A DNA stretch of 64,000 nucleotides, taken from the NCBI GenBank assembly GCA_044229845.1, contig JBGASG010000010.1:96001-160000 (forward strand). Reading direction: 5' to 3'. Source of the DNA: Candidatus Obscuribacteraceae bacterium. GTDB taxonomy: Bacteria; Cyanobacteriota; Vampirovibrionia; Obscuribacterales; Obscuribacteraceae. Each line of letters begins with the position of its first letter. The first letter of the stretch is position 1. The translations under genes were made by a program, and so were the position numbers. Positions 29,955-40,979 of this stretch are shown piece after piece. A model generated the notes under the pieces. The model was not told the origin of the DNA. It saw only the letters and a program-made list of their open reading frames with translations, and made no database searches.

Positions 29955-30250
29955 ATTGCTACGCCCATAAGCCCACAGGGAAAGTTGTGGGAAGACCGCC
30001 GCTATTTGCTCAAATGTAGTTCAGGGACTGAGATTGCTCTAGGGTAAATGTACGTACTCGGCGAGCCTAGATAATTAAATCTAATCCGGCGACAGACACC
30101 GGATTCCGCCAGGGACCTGGCTGGCCCAGCACTGGGCCGAGAGATGCTTTCTTGTCCGCGCACGGGGCCGGATTCGGAGAATCAGACATCGCAGCGTGCT
30201 GATGCGGCCACGTACGGGGCCAGCGAAAAAGAATTCGCTGGGGTCTGCTT

Positions 30251-30988
30251 CTAGATGCGACCAGCCATACGGAAGAGGTCGGAGAACGTATCGAAGATCA
30301 CCGAGAACTTGCCACCGGAGGCGCCTTGCGAGAGGCGGGGCAGGTGCTCGATGGGAATCTCGACTACTCTGAACCCATTGCGGGCGGTGCGGATGCACAG
30401 TTCTGCATCGACGAACGGCGTATGCGATTCCAGCTCAATTTTGTTGAGAATCGAGCGGCGGAACAGCTTGATCGAGTTCACATCTTTGAAGGAACTTCCG
30501 TAGCACAGACGCAACATCAGGTTGTAGACGCCCGATTGGAACTTGCGACGCGGCGGGTCATTGCGGTGCACCCGCCAGCCGATGACCAGGTCGTGATTGA
30601 GCAGACCTTCCGCCATCTTGATCAGTTCTTTCGGCGCAAACTGATAGTCGCCGGGCAGAGAGAAGACGTATTCCATGCTGCCTGCATAATACAGTTCGCG
30701 AATCGTGCGTCCGAAGCCCTGGTTGACCTCGTGGTTGATGACCTTCAGTTTGGGGAATTTTTCCGCCAATCCGTGCAGGACGTTCAACGTGTTGTCTTTG
30801 CTGCCATCGTTGACGACGATGATTTCATAGTCGCCGCAGATTTCTTGCAAGAGACAGTCGGCATCTTGCACCAGCTTCGGTACCGTCGTCTCGTCGTTAT
30901 AAGCCGGAATGATCACTGACACCGAAGATAGTGGCAGCACAAATCGGCTTTGCAGGAGAGCGCCTGTTCTTTGTGTTTGGTTAGGCAT
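30251..30988 (-). CDS. Glycosyltransferase family 2
   Basis: SVIIPAYND, NDGSKD, NQGFG; AAAGGA SD before MPNQ. Confidence 0.9.
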   Translation of the reverse strand: MPNQTQRTGALLQSRFVLPLSSVSVIIPAYNDETTVPKLVQDADCLLQEICGDYEIIVVNDGSKDNTLNVLHGLAEKFPKLKVINHEVNQGFGRTIRELYYAGSMEYVFSLPGDYQFAPKELIKMAEGLLNHDLVIGWRVHRNDPPRRKFQSGVYNLMLRLCYGSSFKDVNSIKLFRRSILNKIELESHTPFVDAELCIRTARNGFRVVEIPIEHLPRLSQGASGGKFSVIFDTFSDLFRMAGRI

Positions 30989-31018
30989 GACGTGGTCCGT
31001 TCCTTTGTACATCCAGTC

Positions 31019-32185
31019 TTACGGGGTGATGATCGGCTGTTGGGCCGGCTGCGGCACAAATATTCCGGAAGACTTGCGCGCCTTTTGACGCTGCAAAGCT
31101 TCACGTACTTCTTTGATTACCGTTTCGACTTCTTCGTCTGTCAGATGCGGATGCATCGGCAGACTCAAGATGGAATTAGCGGCGCGCTCGGTATGCGGCA
31201 GGTCGCCTTCTTTATAGCCGAGGTGTCGATACGCCAGCTGCAGGTGAGCCGGTATCGGGTAGTGAATGAGGGTTTGCACTCCACGCGCTGCCAGTTGTTT
31301 CTGCAGATCGTCGCGGTTTTCTGTGCGAATCACATAAAGGTGGTAGACGTTCGGAGCGCCCTGCACTTCATATGGTGCCACCACCACATCCATCAAACCT
31401 TCTGTGTATTTGTGGGCGATCGAGCGGCGTTTGTGATTCCACTGCGGCAAGAAAGGCAGCTGGGCGGCGAGAATCGCGGCTTGCATTTCATCGAGACGGC
31501 TGTTGATACCAATCTCGTCATGGTGGTAGCGCACGGTCTGTCCGTAATTGCGCAGCTTCAAGAGCTTCTGGTAGTCCTCTTCGGTCTGGCAGGCAACTGC
31601 GCCGCCATCACCGAAAGCGCCCAGGTTTTTGCTCGGGTAGAAGGAGAAAGCGCTGAAACGACCGATGGAGCCGGCTTTGCGCATGTTGTAAGTAGCGCCA
31701 GTCGCCTGGGCGACGTCTTCAATAACCGGAATGCCATAGCGGTCGGCCAGTTCCATAAGAGGATCCATGTCCACCATCTGTCCGTAGAGGTGGACAGGCA
31801 CAATGGCTTTGGTGCGCGACGTGATTTTGGCGGCGACTTTCGACACATCCATCACATAGGTTTGCGGATTGATGTCGACGAAAACCGGCTCGGCGTAGGC
31901 CATCGAGATGGCATTAATAGTAGGTACGGCCGTGTGGGCTACGGTAATCACCTGGTCGCCGGGATTGACGCCGGCGGCAGCCAGGGCAAGGTAAATCGCT
32001 TCGGTGCCGGAGGCGCAGCCGACGGCATAGGGAAGTCCCAGATAGGCGGCGAACTCTTCTTCGAAACGCTTGAGCTCCGGACCCAAGATGTAATGTCCGC
32101 TGTGCAAGACGCGCAGAACGGCGGTATCAATCTCAGCCTTGTAGGCCTGGTAGTGAGCCTTCAAATCGCCGAATGGTATGTTCAA
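31019..32185 (-). CDS. DegT/DnrJ/EryC1/StrS sugar aminotransferase
   Basis: SGTEA, VHLYGQ, EDVAQ, SFYPSKNLGAFGDGG, NSRLDE; TTG start after GAGG. Confidence 0.95.
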   Translation of the reverse strand: MNIPFGDLKAHYQAYKAEIDTAVLRVLHSGHYILGPELKRFEEEFAAYLGLPYAVGCASGTEAIYLALAAAGVNPGDQVITVAHTAVPTINAISMAYAEPVFVDINPQTYVMDVSKVAAKITSRTKAIVPVHLYGQMVDMDPLMELADRYGIPVIEDVAQATGATYNMRKAGSIGRFSAFSFYPSKNLGAFGDGGAVACQTEEDYQKLLKLRNYGQTVRYHHDEIGINSRLDEMQAAILAAQLPFLPQWNHKRRSIAHKYTEGLMDVVVAPYEVQGAPNVYHLYVIRTENRDDLQKQLAARGVQTLIHYPIPAHLQLAYRHLGYKEGDLPHTERAANSILSLPMHPHLTDEEVETVIKEVREALQRQKARKSSGIFVPQPAQQPIITP

Positions 32186-32403
32186 GCAAAACACCTCATA
32201 ACGGGGCTCAGCCGCACACGTGGGCTGAAGTACATGACAATACTAGAGTAAGAAGGTATGACCTGGAATTAAGCGCGGTTAACTGGTTCGAGCGCCTGTC
32301 AGGCGGCATCGTGCTAATATACGACGGACCTCGTTGAAAGCCGCACAGAGTGCGCCTTCAGACCAGTTAGATGAGACATTTTTGAGATAAGCGAGAGCTA
32401 AGC

Positions 32404-33468
32404 GTGCCAGCTATTACGAAAAAAGATTTTGCCAATAAAACAGTGCTGATCACCGGCGGGATGGGTTTTATCGGATCCAACCTGGCGATCAAGCTAGCCG
32501 AATTGGGCGCCAAAGTAACAATTCTCGACTCGATGATCCCCGACTACGGCGGCAACGAGTTTAACGTCGCCCCTATCGCCGATCAGATACGCATCAATTT
32601 TTGCGATATCCGAGATGAGTCGGCCGTCAACTATTTAGTGCGTGACAAAGACTACGTATTCCATCTGGCTGGGCAAGTTTGCCACCTGATGAGTCTCTAC
32701 AACCCGTTCCCGGATATTGAAATGAATATCACGGGCACCGCAGTCTTGATGGAAGCGCTACGCAAATTCAATAAAGAAGCGATTGTCGTCTATACCGGAA
32801 CCCGCGGGCAGTACGGACCTTCGGTCAGCCTGCCGGTAAACGAAGAAGCCCCGACCAATCCCAAGGGCATCTACGAAATCTCCAATCTGACCGCTGAAAA
32901 AATCATTCGCGTCTACAACGACGTTCACGGCATTCGTTCGGTGCTGCTGCGTTTGAGCAACATTTACGGACCGCGTTCGCAAATGCTGCACTCGCGTTTT
33001 GGCGTGTGCAACTGGTTCGTCAGACTGGCAATGGACAACGCCAAACTGCAAGTCTTCGGAGACGGCGGCATATTGCGCGATTTCCTGCATGTCGACGATT
33101 GCGTCGACGCGATCTTGCGCACCGCAGTTACACCAGCCTGCTACGGCGAAATCTACAACGTCGGTTCCGACATTCCGGTCAGCTTCCTTGAACTTGTGAA
33201 GACCATCATTGAAGTAGGTCAGCAAGGCAGCTGGGAATTCGCAGAATTCACCGCCGAGCGCAAAGCTCAGGAGCCGGGCGACTTCTATTCGGACATCACC
33301 AAGATCTCAAAAGCCACAGACTGGCGTCCGACCATCAGCCTGGCTGACGGCTTGAGAAACACCTTCGAATACTATCGCCAGCATCGCGATCATTACTGGA
33401 AGGTAGAACCAGCTCAGGCAGCTGCGTCCTCCAAAGAGCCAGCCACTACATCTGGTGCTCGAAAGTAG
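32404..33468 (+). CDS. NAD-dependent sugar epimerase/dehydratase
   Basis: TGGMGFIGS, FHLAGQ, RLSNIYGP, RDFLHVDD; YEISN in place of YxxxK. Confidence 0.9.
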   Translation: MPAITKKDFANKTVLITGGMGFIGSNLAIKLAELGAKVTILDSMIPDYGGNEFNVAPIADQIRINFCDIRDESAVNYLVRDKDYVFHLAGQVCHLMSLYNPFPDIEMNITGTAVLMEALRKFNKEAIVVYTGTRGQYGPSVSLPVNEEAPTNPKGIYEISNLTAEKIIRVYNDVHGIRSVLLRLSNIYGPRSQMLHSRFGVCNWFVRLAMDNAKLQVFGDGGILRDFLHVDDCVDAILRTAVTPACYGEIYNVGSDIPVSFLELVKTIIEVGQQGSWEFAEFTAERKAQEPGDFYSDITKISKATDWRPTISLADGLRNTFEYYRQHRDHYWKVEPAQAAASSKEPATTSGARK

Positions 33469-33819
33469 ATTCTGAAAGCCGGAAGTCCTTATTTGCCGGC
33501 CGGCGTTTGAAACGTTGGATTTTACGCTCGATGGCGTTTTTCGCGTTTTCAATCGCTCGTTGTTCTGCCGAAAGCGGTACTTCTAGAGATGTATAGGATT
33601 CGTATGGATAGTAAATGTTCGTCATGTGCGCCTCTGGCGGACAGACCGTAGGGATTGTGTGGGCTGCTCGTTTCTATCCGGCTCTGCCAAATTTTTGACA
33701 AATCTCGGCGGGAAATACGGGGGCGTGGGAATTTCCCCACTGCGCAAGATTAGACCCGCGCCTATAGTGAAATTATTCCGTTCCGCACCGCAAGCTTCCT
33801 TTGGTTAGGAGAGAAAGCC

Positions 33820-34830
33820 ATGGGTTTTGATGGCGATTTGAAAGCACAACCGCAAGCAGAGAAAGGCGTTACTCCTTTAATGCTGGCTGACTTCGAAGGC
33901 GCGCCGCAAGGCAGGCAGGTAATGGTCCAGGTCGCCGATGCCGGCGATCAAGATGGACAGGGCCAGCAACCGCAAGGCGGCGGTGGACATGGATTCGGCA
34001 GCTGGCTCAAACGCCAGGGCGACAAGATTGGTCACGGCGCCAAGAAACTGGGCGGCGAAATCAAAGAACAAGTGCAGAACATCGACCCAGACAAGGTCCA
34101 GGATGCTGCCAAGAAAGCAATCAATTCGGATGTCGGCAGAGCTGTAGTCGGTGGTGTCACCGGACAACAGACCGACGGCGCGGCAGGCGTCATCGGCACC
34201 GCCAGCAAGATTCTTTTTCCGCAAGCGCAGATTCTCAATATCGGCGGTCGCGAAATCGGCGGATTCGCATCTCGCAAGTTCGCTCTAGGGTTGCTGGAAG
34301 ATCCGGCCAAGATGAGCCTGAAACTCGACGGCAACTTCGATATTCTCGACAACGATAAAAACGGTTATATCAAACCCGACGAAGTCGACGGCAAAGCCGG
34401 TCTCACCGGGCTTCTCGATGACTCGCGTGGATTGGGTCCGATCCTGCAACGCGGATTCACCGCTTTCGCAAACCTCGATGGCAAGGATGCCGAGCTTGGT
34501 ATCAGCCGCGGTGACGTCACAGCTCTCAAGCTGATCACCAACGCCGACCTGAGAAACAAATACATCGACGATCAAGCATCATCCTCGCGCCTCTACTGGG
34601 GCGGCGGCGGACTGGTTGCCAGTCTGGCCGGCACCGGTGCAGCCAAGTACTTCGCACCGGCCATGCTCGAGAAAGTCGGCGGCGCTAGAGTAGGTCTGGC
34701 GATTGCGGCCATCACCACGGTCAGCGCTTTCGTCGGCGGCATGTGGAAGAAACACAGCCTCAGCTCAGACTTCGCGCAAAAAGAAGAACAACTGAAATCC
34801 ACATTCGAATCAATTAAAGCCGCCCTCTAA
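33820..34830 (+). CDS. Hypothetical protein with EF-hand loop and C-terminal Gly/Ala-rich hydrophobic hairpin
   Basis: AGGAG SD; DNDKNGYIKPDE EF-hand loop; two C-terminal small-residue hydrophobic helices. Confidence 0.75.
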   Translation: MGFDGDLKAQPQAEKGVTPLMLADFEGAPQGRQVMVQVADAGDQDGQGQQPQGGGGHGFGSWLKRQGDKIGHGAKKLGGEIKEQVQNIDPDKVQDAAKKAINSDVGRAVVGGVTGQQTDGAAGVIGTASKILFPQAQILNIGGREIGGFASRKFALGLLEDPAKMSLKLDGNFDILDNDKNGYIKPDEVDGKAGLTGLLDDSRGLGPILQRGFTAFANLDGKDAELGISRGDVTALKLITNADLRNKYIDDQASSSRLYWGGGGLVASLAGTGAAKYFAPAMLEKVGGARVGLAIAAITTVSAFVGGMWKKHSLSSDFAQKEEQLKSTFESIKAAL

Positions 34831-34918
34831 TTCCCGGCAAGTTGCAGCTTTTAGCGTATTCTACTTATCGTACGGGCACGCCCTGATTCAGCGTGATTCG
34901 GGGAGCCCTGCCGGGAGA

Positions 34919-36424
34919 ATGCGCATGACATCTGAAGCAGCGGTGGAAGAACACAAGCAGGGGCATTTCAAAAAGTCTCTCGGTCTTGTCGATGCTGTGG
35001 CGGTCGTCGTCGGCTCCATGATCGGCTCAGGCATATTCATCGTTTCGGCAGAGACCGCACGTAATGTCGGCGCACCGGGTTTGGTGCTTCTCTGCTGGTT
35101 GCTGGCCGGACTGCTCACCATAGCTGGTGCCCTCTGTTATAGCGAGTTAGCCGGCATGTTTCCCAAAGCGGGCGGGCAGTACGTCTTCCTGCGCGAGGCT
35201 TACGGACCGCTGGCCGCGTTTCTATACGGCTGGACGCTGTTCGCCGTCATTCAGTGCGGCACCATCGCCGCAGTCGCCGTCGCATTTGCAAAATTTCTAG
35301 GTTTCTTCATACCGCAATTCGTCTCCAACAACAATGTGCTGCTGGCGTATGCGCCCTGGGACTGGAAGTTGACCACCCTGCAGGCGGTGGCAGTAGTGCT
35401 GATTGCCGGACTGACGGCTCTCAACTGCCGCGGCATCGAAGCCGCCAAGTTTATTCAGACCAGCTTCACGGTCACCAAAGTCTGTGCGCTGGCGGGTCTG
35501 ATTGTTTTGGGATTGCTGGCATTCGACAAGCATTTCGGGATGCAAGTCAACTTCGACATGAGCACTTTCTTTGCTGCGCATGACGCCACCGGCACCCCGA
35601 TTATCGGACTGAAACTGGCTACCGTACTAGGTCTGGCTATGGTCGGCGCACTCTTCTCGTGCGACGCGTGGAACAACATCACCTTTGCCGGCGAGGAAGT
35701 GAAGGACGCCGAAAAGATACTGCCAAAGAGCCTGGCTCTCGGTACCGGGCTGGTGATCATGATTTATCTGCTGGCAAATATCGCCTACATGCTTTTGCTG
35801 CCCGTGCATGGCACCGAGAACGCCACCGAAGTCGTTGCGCGCGGCATCTCGCATGCAGCAGAAGACCGCGTGGGAACAGCCGCAGCCCAAATTCTCTTTG
35901 GCGATGCCGGCGGTGGCATTATGGCTGCCGCGATCATGATCTCGACCTTCGGTTGCGTCAACGGTCTGATTCTGGCTGGTGCCCGGGTGTATTACGCGAT
36001 GGCGAAGGACGGGCTGTTCTTCAAACGCGCCGGCGAACTGCACCCGAAGACCAACGTTCCGGTCTGGGGACTGATTATTCAGGGTATCTGGTCCGCCGCG
36101 CTCGCCACGTCCGGGACCTACAGCAAGCTTCTCGACTACGTTGTCTTCGCAGCTCTGCTGTTTTATGTGGTGACCGTGTTTGCGGTGTTCGTCCTCCGGA
36201 AAAATCGCCCGGACGTGCCCAGACCGTACAAAGTTATCGCCTATCCGTTACTGCCCGCCCTCTACTGCGTCTTCGCCCTGATCGTGATGGGCGGACTGCT
36301 GTTTGAAGAGTCCTCACGTGAATTCAGCTTGCGCGGGCTGGCTCTGATTGCCTCCGGCTTGCCGATTTACTTTCTTGCCAAGAAGTTCTTCAAGCCCGGA
36401 AACACGCCGCCACAGCCGAATTGA
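34919..36424 (+). CDS. APC family amino acid permease
   Basis: GSMIGSGIF, ELAGMFPKAGGQY, ARVYYAMAKDG, RPYKV; about 12 TM helices. Confidence 0.93.
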   Translation: MRMTSEAAVEEHKQGHFKKSLGLVDAVAVVVGSMIGSGIFIVSAETARNVGAPGLVLLCWLLAGLLTIAGALCYSELAGMFPKAGGQYVFLREAYGPLAAFLYGWTLFAVIQCGTIAAVAVAFAKFLGFFIPQFVSNNNVLLAYAPWDWKLTTLQAVAVVLIAGLTALNCRGIEAAKFIQTSFTVTKVCALAGLIVLGLLAFDKHFGMQVNFDMSTFFAAHDATGTPIIGLKLATVLGLAMVGALFSCDAWNNITFAGEEVKDAEKILPKSLALGTGLVIMIYLLANIAYMLLLPVHGTENATEVVARGISHAAEDRVGTAAAQILFGDAGGGIMAAAIMISTFGCVNGLILAGARVYYAMAKDGLFFKRAGELHPKTNVPVWGLIIQGIWSAALATSGTYSKLLDYVVFAALLFYVVTVFAVFVLRKNRPDVPRPYKVIAYPLLPALYCVFALIVMGGLLFEESSREFSLRGLALIASGLPIYFLAKKFFKPGNTPPQPN

Positions 36425-36436
36425 TGCTAAATTCGC

Positions 36437-36465
36437 TTGACATCACCAGCCCTCCTGGTTAAGCT
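36437..36465 (+). promoter_or_regulatory. Sigma70-type promoter for the downstream kinase
   Basis: TTGACA-N17-TAAGCT. Confidence 0.6.
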
Positions 36466-36559
36466 GATGGCTGTACGATTACTATCCCCACCGTAGCGGT
36501 ATAGATTCTTCAGGGCTCAAGCCCTGGGATGCGTTCTCGCACATGGCACTGGGTGCACC

Positions 36560-38503
36560 ATGGCCGAAGAATTCTCGAACGAACACAGACCTCGCCCGGT
36601 CCCACCGGCAGCGGCGGGAGCCAGCGCGCCCGTGCGCCCCTACGACGAAAACGTCATCATCGGGTCTAAAGTTGGCGACAAGTACGAGATTTTGGAAGTC
36701 GTCGGTCGCGGCAGCATGGGCATTGTCTACAAGGCCCGCCACGAGCTGATCGGCAAAATCGTCGCCGTGAAGATGTTGCGCTGGCAGCTGCTTTCCGATC
36801 AGCGCAGCAAGAAACGCTTCGAGCGCGAAGCCATCGCCAGCAGCCGCCTGGAACACCCAAATATCATCGCTATCTACGATTTCGGGCTGACGCCCAGCAA
36901 TCAGCCGTACATCGTCATGGACTTCGTGCAAGGCACCACGTTGCTGCACGTGCTGCGCAAAGAGCGCTCCATGGCGCCTGAACGAGCGGTGCGCGTTTTT
37001 TCTCAGGTGGCGGACGCCTTGCATCACGCCCACACTCGCGGCGTCATTCACCGCGACCTCAAGCCCGCTAACGTCATGCTGCTCGAGAAAAACGGACAAA
37101 GCGACTTCGTCAAAGTCGTCGATCTGGGCATCGCTAAAATCGCCTTCGGTGAAGATGCCGAACCGGAAGCGCTCACCAAAACCAACGAAGTGTGCGGCAG
37201 CCCGCTGTACCTCAGTCCCGAGCAGTGCAAGCAACAACCGATGGATCCCCGGTCTGACATGTATTCGCTGGGCATCGTCATGTACGAGCTCCTGACGGGC
37301 GTGCCCGCTCTGCAAGGCTCAACCGTCTACGACACGCTCTATATGCACGTGCACAACAAACCCAAGAGCTTCGCTGAAGTACGCCCCGACCTGAATATTC
37401 CCAAGAAGCTGGAAGAGATCGTTTTTCGCACCCTGGAGAAGGACCCCGGCGACCGCTTTCCGACCATGCAGGATCTGAAGCGCGAACTGGACACCATCTT
37501 TGGCTACCGCCATTCGGCGGAACATGCCATTCACGTGATTCCGCCCGAAGCGATGCTGTCCGCCGAGATGGTGCGCAAATTGAAGATTGCCGAGGGCGAA
37601 CCGACGCCCTACATGCCGATCGAAGCGCTCAAGAAAGACTCCAGCGGGCGTATTCTTCCGCCAGAGACGCCCCGCCCATCCGCGCACGCTGAGACTATGG
37701 CCGAAACAGAAGCGCTCACACCTGATACTGCTCAGCGTGCCATGGAAGCCGCGGTACAGTCATCTCGCCCAGCAGCACCGGCGGAAAATAAACGCAGCAC
37801 GAGCAGCAACCACAGTGGCAAGAAACGAAACCGATCGAAGTCCGGCAGCCAATCGGTGGTGCCGCCGGTCAGCACCGGCCCTGATACCAAAACCATCATC
37901 CTCTCCGTAGTCAGCGCCGTCATCGCTACCGCGCTCACCATCGGCGTGATGCTCTACCTCAATAAACCGCAACCCCAAGCGCAACAACCAAATCAGCCGG
38001 TCGCCACCGGCAATTCTCCGACTACCGATGAGGCCGCCGGCAGCAGCAGACCCGGACCCAACGGCAAGTTGCGCATGAAACTTCCCGACGCAAACAAAAC
38101 GCCGGAGACAGAGCCCGCAGAAACGCCGCCGGCGGTCACAGCCACACCGCCCGCGGTTACAACCACGCCGGTGCGCAGCCCCGCCTCCAGCACGCCTCCC
38201 AAGACCGCAGAACCGCCGACCGCCCCCGTTAACTTAGCTACGCCGACGCCTCCAGAACCAGCGCCACCGATTACCAAACCGGCAGCAATCAGCAACTCTG
38301 AGGCCGGCAACCCGCCGCCGGCGGGCGGGCAAGACGTGCAGCTACCGTTGCCGGGGTCCAAGCCCGAGCGCAAAATCAGTAAAACAAAAACGACGCCATC
38401 ACAGACGGTGACAGCATCGCCCAGCAAACCAAAACCAGCCGCTTCAGGCGGCTCCGGCGAATCGGGTGACGCCTTCTTCGGCATCTTCCAGCAAGGCAAG
38501 TAG
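36560..38503 (+). CDS. Membrane Ser/Thr protein kinase with Pro/Thr-rich C-terminal tail
   Basis: GRGSMG, VAVK, HRDLKPAN, DLG, YLSPE; one TM helix. Confidence 0.93.
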   Translation: MAEEFSNEHRPRPVPPAAAGASAPVRPYDENVIIGSKVGDKYEILEVVGRGSMGIVYKARHELIGKIVAVKMLRWQLLSDQRSKKRFEREAIASSRLEHPNIIAIYDFGLTPSNQPYIVMDFVQGTTLLHVLRKERSMAPERAVRVFSQVADALHHAHTRGVIHRDLKPANVMLLEKNGQSDFVKVVDLGIAKIAFGEDAEPEALTKTNEVCGSPLYLSPEQCKQQPMDPRSDMYSLGIVMYELLTGVPALQGSTVYDTLYMHVHNKPKSFAEVRPDLNIPKKLEEIVFRTLEKDPGDRFPTMQDLKRELDTIFGYRHSAEHAIHVIPPEAMLSAEMVRKLKIAEGEPTPYMPIEALKKDSSGRILPPETPRPSAHAETMAETEALTPDTAQRAMEAAVQSSRPAAPAENKRSTSSNHSGKKRNRSKSGSQSVVPPVSTGPDTKTIILSVVSAVIATALTIGVMLYLNKPQPQAQQPNQPVATGNSPTTDEAAGSSRPGPNGKLRMKLPDANKTPETEPAETPPAVTATPPAVTTTPVRSPASSTPPKTAEPPTAPVNLATPTPPEPAPPITKPAAISNSEAGNPPPAGGQDVQLPLPGSKPERKISKTKTTPSQTVTASPSKPKPAASGGSGESGDAFFGIFQQGK

Positions 38504-38507
38504 GAAC

Positions 38508-40979
38508 TCAGTAGCGAGTCTTTGCCGCTTCCACCGCGGCCTTTGCTGTAGCCAGCCGATCACGTACACTCGCTAATACCCCCGGCGATACCACGCCGGC
38601 AGCTTCGGCATCAAGAGCCGACTCGCGGTTCCACAAAGCCAGGTCGTCGTCGAACTGTTTCTTCCGTCTGTAAATGTCAGATAGCTGCGTCGCCAGCTGC
38701 AAGCGACGTTCGAAGTCGCGCTCTTGCCCACGGCGCTTCACTTTGCGCAGCCGCACATCAAGGGCTTCTTTGAGGCTTGCGGCGGCAGCATCCAGATCGC
38801 CGCGCCTCAGCTGGCATCGCGCCAACTCGCCCCACCAGTATGACGGAACGTTCAATCTCTCGTGCTGCTGCGAGTCAACGAGCACCGCCTTCAGAACTGG
38901 TTCCGCTGCGCTGTACTGTTTCTTCGCAATCAAGGCTGCCGCTTTTTCGAGTTCTGTCCGTCCTGAAGTGATGCCTGCCTGCTCCGCTAGGGCACTTGTT
39001 TCCAACACGAGTTCCCTTTTGCCGAGGGCATTGTAGGCGCGACACAGATAATAGATGCAAGTCATCTGTATATCTTGAGAAACGTCTATCTTGGCGCGAC
39101 GTGCTCGGAGAAACTCGTCACACAAGGGGCTTAACTCGTCGACAGCCCTGGCGAAGTCGCCGCGCGCATAGAGCGCCTCAGCGATATACAGCTTCGCACC
39201 AGCGGCTGTCGCCTTATCTTGGGGAAAGGCTTTCAGCCACTCGCCAGCAACAGCAATAACTTCGTCATTGCGCTGAAGCTTGGAGAGCAATAGCAGGTAT
39301 TGTCCATATGCACGCAGCGCAAGTGCACTGTCTTTGCGAAAGGCATCGTTGGAATGAATAAGAACGCGCAAGTTGTCTGCCGCCCGCTCTTGATCCCCGA
39401 GTAGCGCGGGGACATGGGCGTTCCAGACCATGCCGGCCCAATAGTCTCGGGCGCTACGAAATCGGTCTCCTTCCGCTCCGAAAAAGCGCTGCAAGTTATT
39501 GCCGTAAACCGCAACCAGCTTCAGCTTTAGCTGCCGATCATCATCGTCGGCTGTCTCAACCGCCTTCTCCAGACCCTCCAGATTCTCTAGCACCTCTTTG
39601 CGAACTTCCTTGCCGCGGTCCTCTTCAGACTTCAGGTAGAGATAGTCCAAGGAGGCGGTCCAGTACGCGACGCACTCGTCCAATGAAGATGAAGATGAGG
39701 AGAAACAGAGCACGCGTCTTTTTGCAGCGTCCAGAGCGCGCGCACGGTCTGAAGCTCCATTGAAAAACATCGCTGCCGACTGCAAATGATTCGCCTTCCG
39801 CTCAGCGTTCTCACTGTTCTCGGCACGCACCATTTCCAACCGCGCCGCCTCAGACAAAGAGGCGGCATCGCCCGACTGTTGCAGCGCGTCAATCAATTTA
39901 TCGTTCAAAAACGCAGTCGCCCGCGCGTCTGGACACCAGGATGCTAGCTGTTTGAGGAGCACCGCCCGTGCGGGTGGCACCACCAGCACTCCGGTTGCCA
40001 GGGCAGCTGTGAGAATCGCTAACTGCGCACGCATCGGCTTTTTCGGTGCCAGCGGTTGGCGTCTCCTTCGCCGCACACCCGCGGTGACAGCCTTGCCATC
40101 GAGGAAATTCTGCAAGTCGTTAGACAGCTCTTCCACCTGTTTATAACGATGATCCGGATCCTTTTCCAGACAGCGATAAACAATATTGGCGAGACTTTCG
40201 GGGACCTGCGCGGCGACGGGCAACACTGCGTCTGCTGTCTCGTGCTTCGAGAGCACTTCCAGCAGATTGTCGGACTGAAAAGGTTCGTGCCCGGCCAGCA
40301 TTTCAAACAACACGCAACCCAATGCGTACACCTCGGAGCGCGCGTCCAATTGCTTTCCCTGGCACTGCTCGGGGCTCATGTATGCAGGGCTGCCGAGTAC
40401 ACTCCCCGTCTGAGTAAGCTTGCCGCCACCGTCCAACTGCTGCACTTTGGCAATACCAAAATCAAGAAGCTTTGCGCACTCACCGGCATCGCTAGTGGTG
40501 GCGATCATGATATTGCCTGGTTTGATATCGCGATGCAAAATCCCTTGTTTGTGAGCCTCTGCAAGACCGGCACAGATATCGATCAGCAAGGCGCTCGACC
40601 AGCACGCATCCAGGGCTCCGGCTCGCGAGATGCGCGTCGCCAGACTTTCGCCTTCCAAATACTCGATCACCATATAAGGTGACCGATCTTCGATCAATCC
40701 CATGTTGTAGACTTCGATTAGATGCTTGTGTTTCACCTGACAAAGTGTCCGCGCCTCCAGGCGAAAGCGCTGCAGTGCCGTTGGATCATTGAGGCTGTGG
40801 AGCAAAACCTTGACGGCGACGGGCCTGTCCATCGACAAGTTGTGCGCCCGATACACGGCACTCATGCCGCCGCGCCCAAGCAGCGCATCGACACGATACC
40901 GCCCATCGAGGACGGTGCCGATTAAAGAATCTCCCACGCCGAGGGGAGCGTCATTGTCAGGCTCATCGACGCCAGTCAT
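38508..40979 (-). CDS. Membrane Ser/Thr protein kinase with TPR-like C-terminus
   Basis: GRGGMS, HRDIKPGN, DFG, YMSPE; TM; helical repeats. Confidence 0.92.
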   Translation of the reverse strand: MTGVDEPDNDAPLGVGDSLIGTVLDGRYRVDALLGRGGMSAVYRAHNLSMDRPVAVKVLLHSLNDPTALQRFRLEARTLCQVKHKHLIEVYNMGLIEDRSPYMVIEYLEGESLATRISRAGALDACWSSALLIDICAGLAEAHKQGILHRDIKPGNIMIATTSDAGECAKLLDFGIAKVQQLDGGGKLTQTGSVLGSPAYMSPEQCQGKQLDARSEVYALGCVLFEMLAGHEPFQSDNLLEVLSKHETADAVLPVAAQVPESLANIVYRCLEKDPDHRYKQVEELSNDLQNFLDGKAVTAGVRRRRRQPLAPKKPMRAQLAILTAALATGVLVVPPARAVLLKQLASWCPDARATAFLNDKLIDALQQSGDAASLSEAARLEMVRAENSENAERKANHLQSAAMFFNGASDRARALDAAKRRVLCFSSSSSSLDECVAYWTASLDYLYLKSEEDRGKEVRKEVLENLEGLEKAVETADDDDRQLKLKLVAVYGNNLQRFFGAEGDRFRSARDYWAGMVWNAHVPALLGDQERAADNLRVLIHSNDAFRKDSALALRAYGQYLLLLSKLQRNDEVIAVAGEWLKAFPQDKATAAGAKLYIAEALYARGDFARAVDELSPLCDEFLRARRAKIDVSQDIQMTCIYYLCRAYNALGKRELVLETSALAEQAGITSGRTELEKAAALIAKKQYSAAEPVLKAVLVDSQQHERLNVPSYWWGELARCQLRRGDLDAAAASLKEALDVRLRKVKRRGQERDFERRLQLATQLSDIYRRKKQFDDDLALWNRESALDAEAAGVVSPGVLASVRDRLATAKAAVEAAKTRY

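Noticed and set aside
30950..32251. 433-aa plus-strand ORF
   Set aside because: Antisense shadow of the DegT aminotransferase
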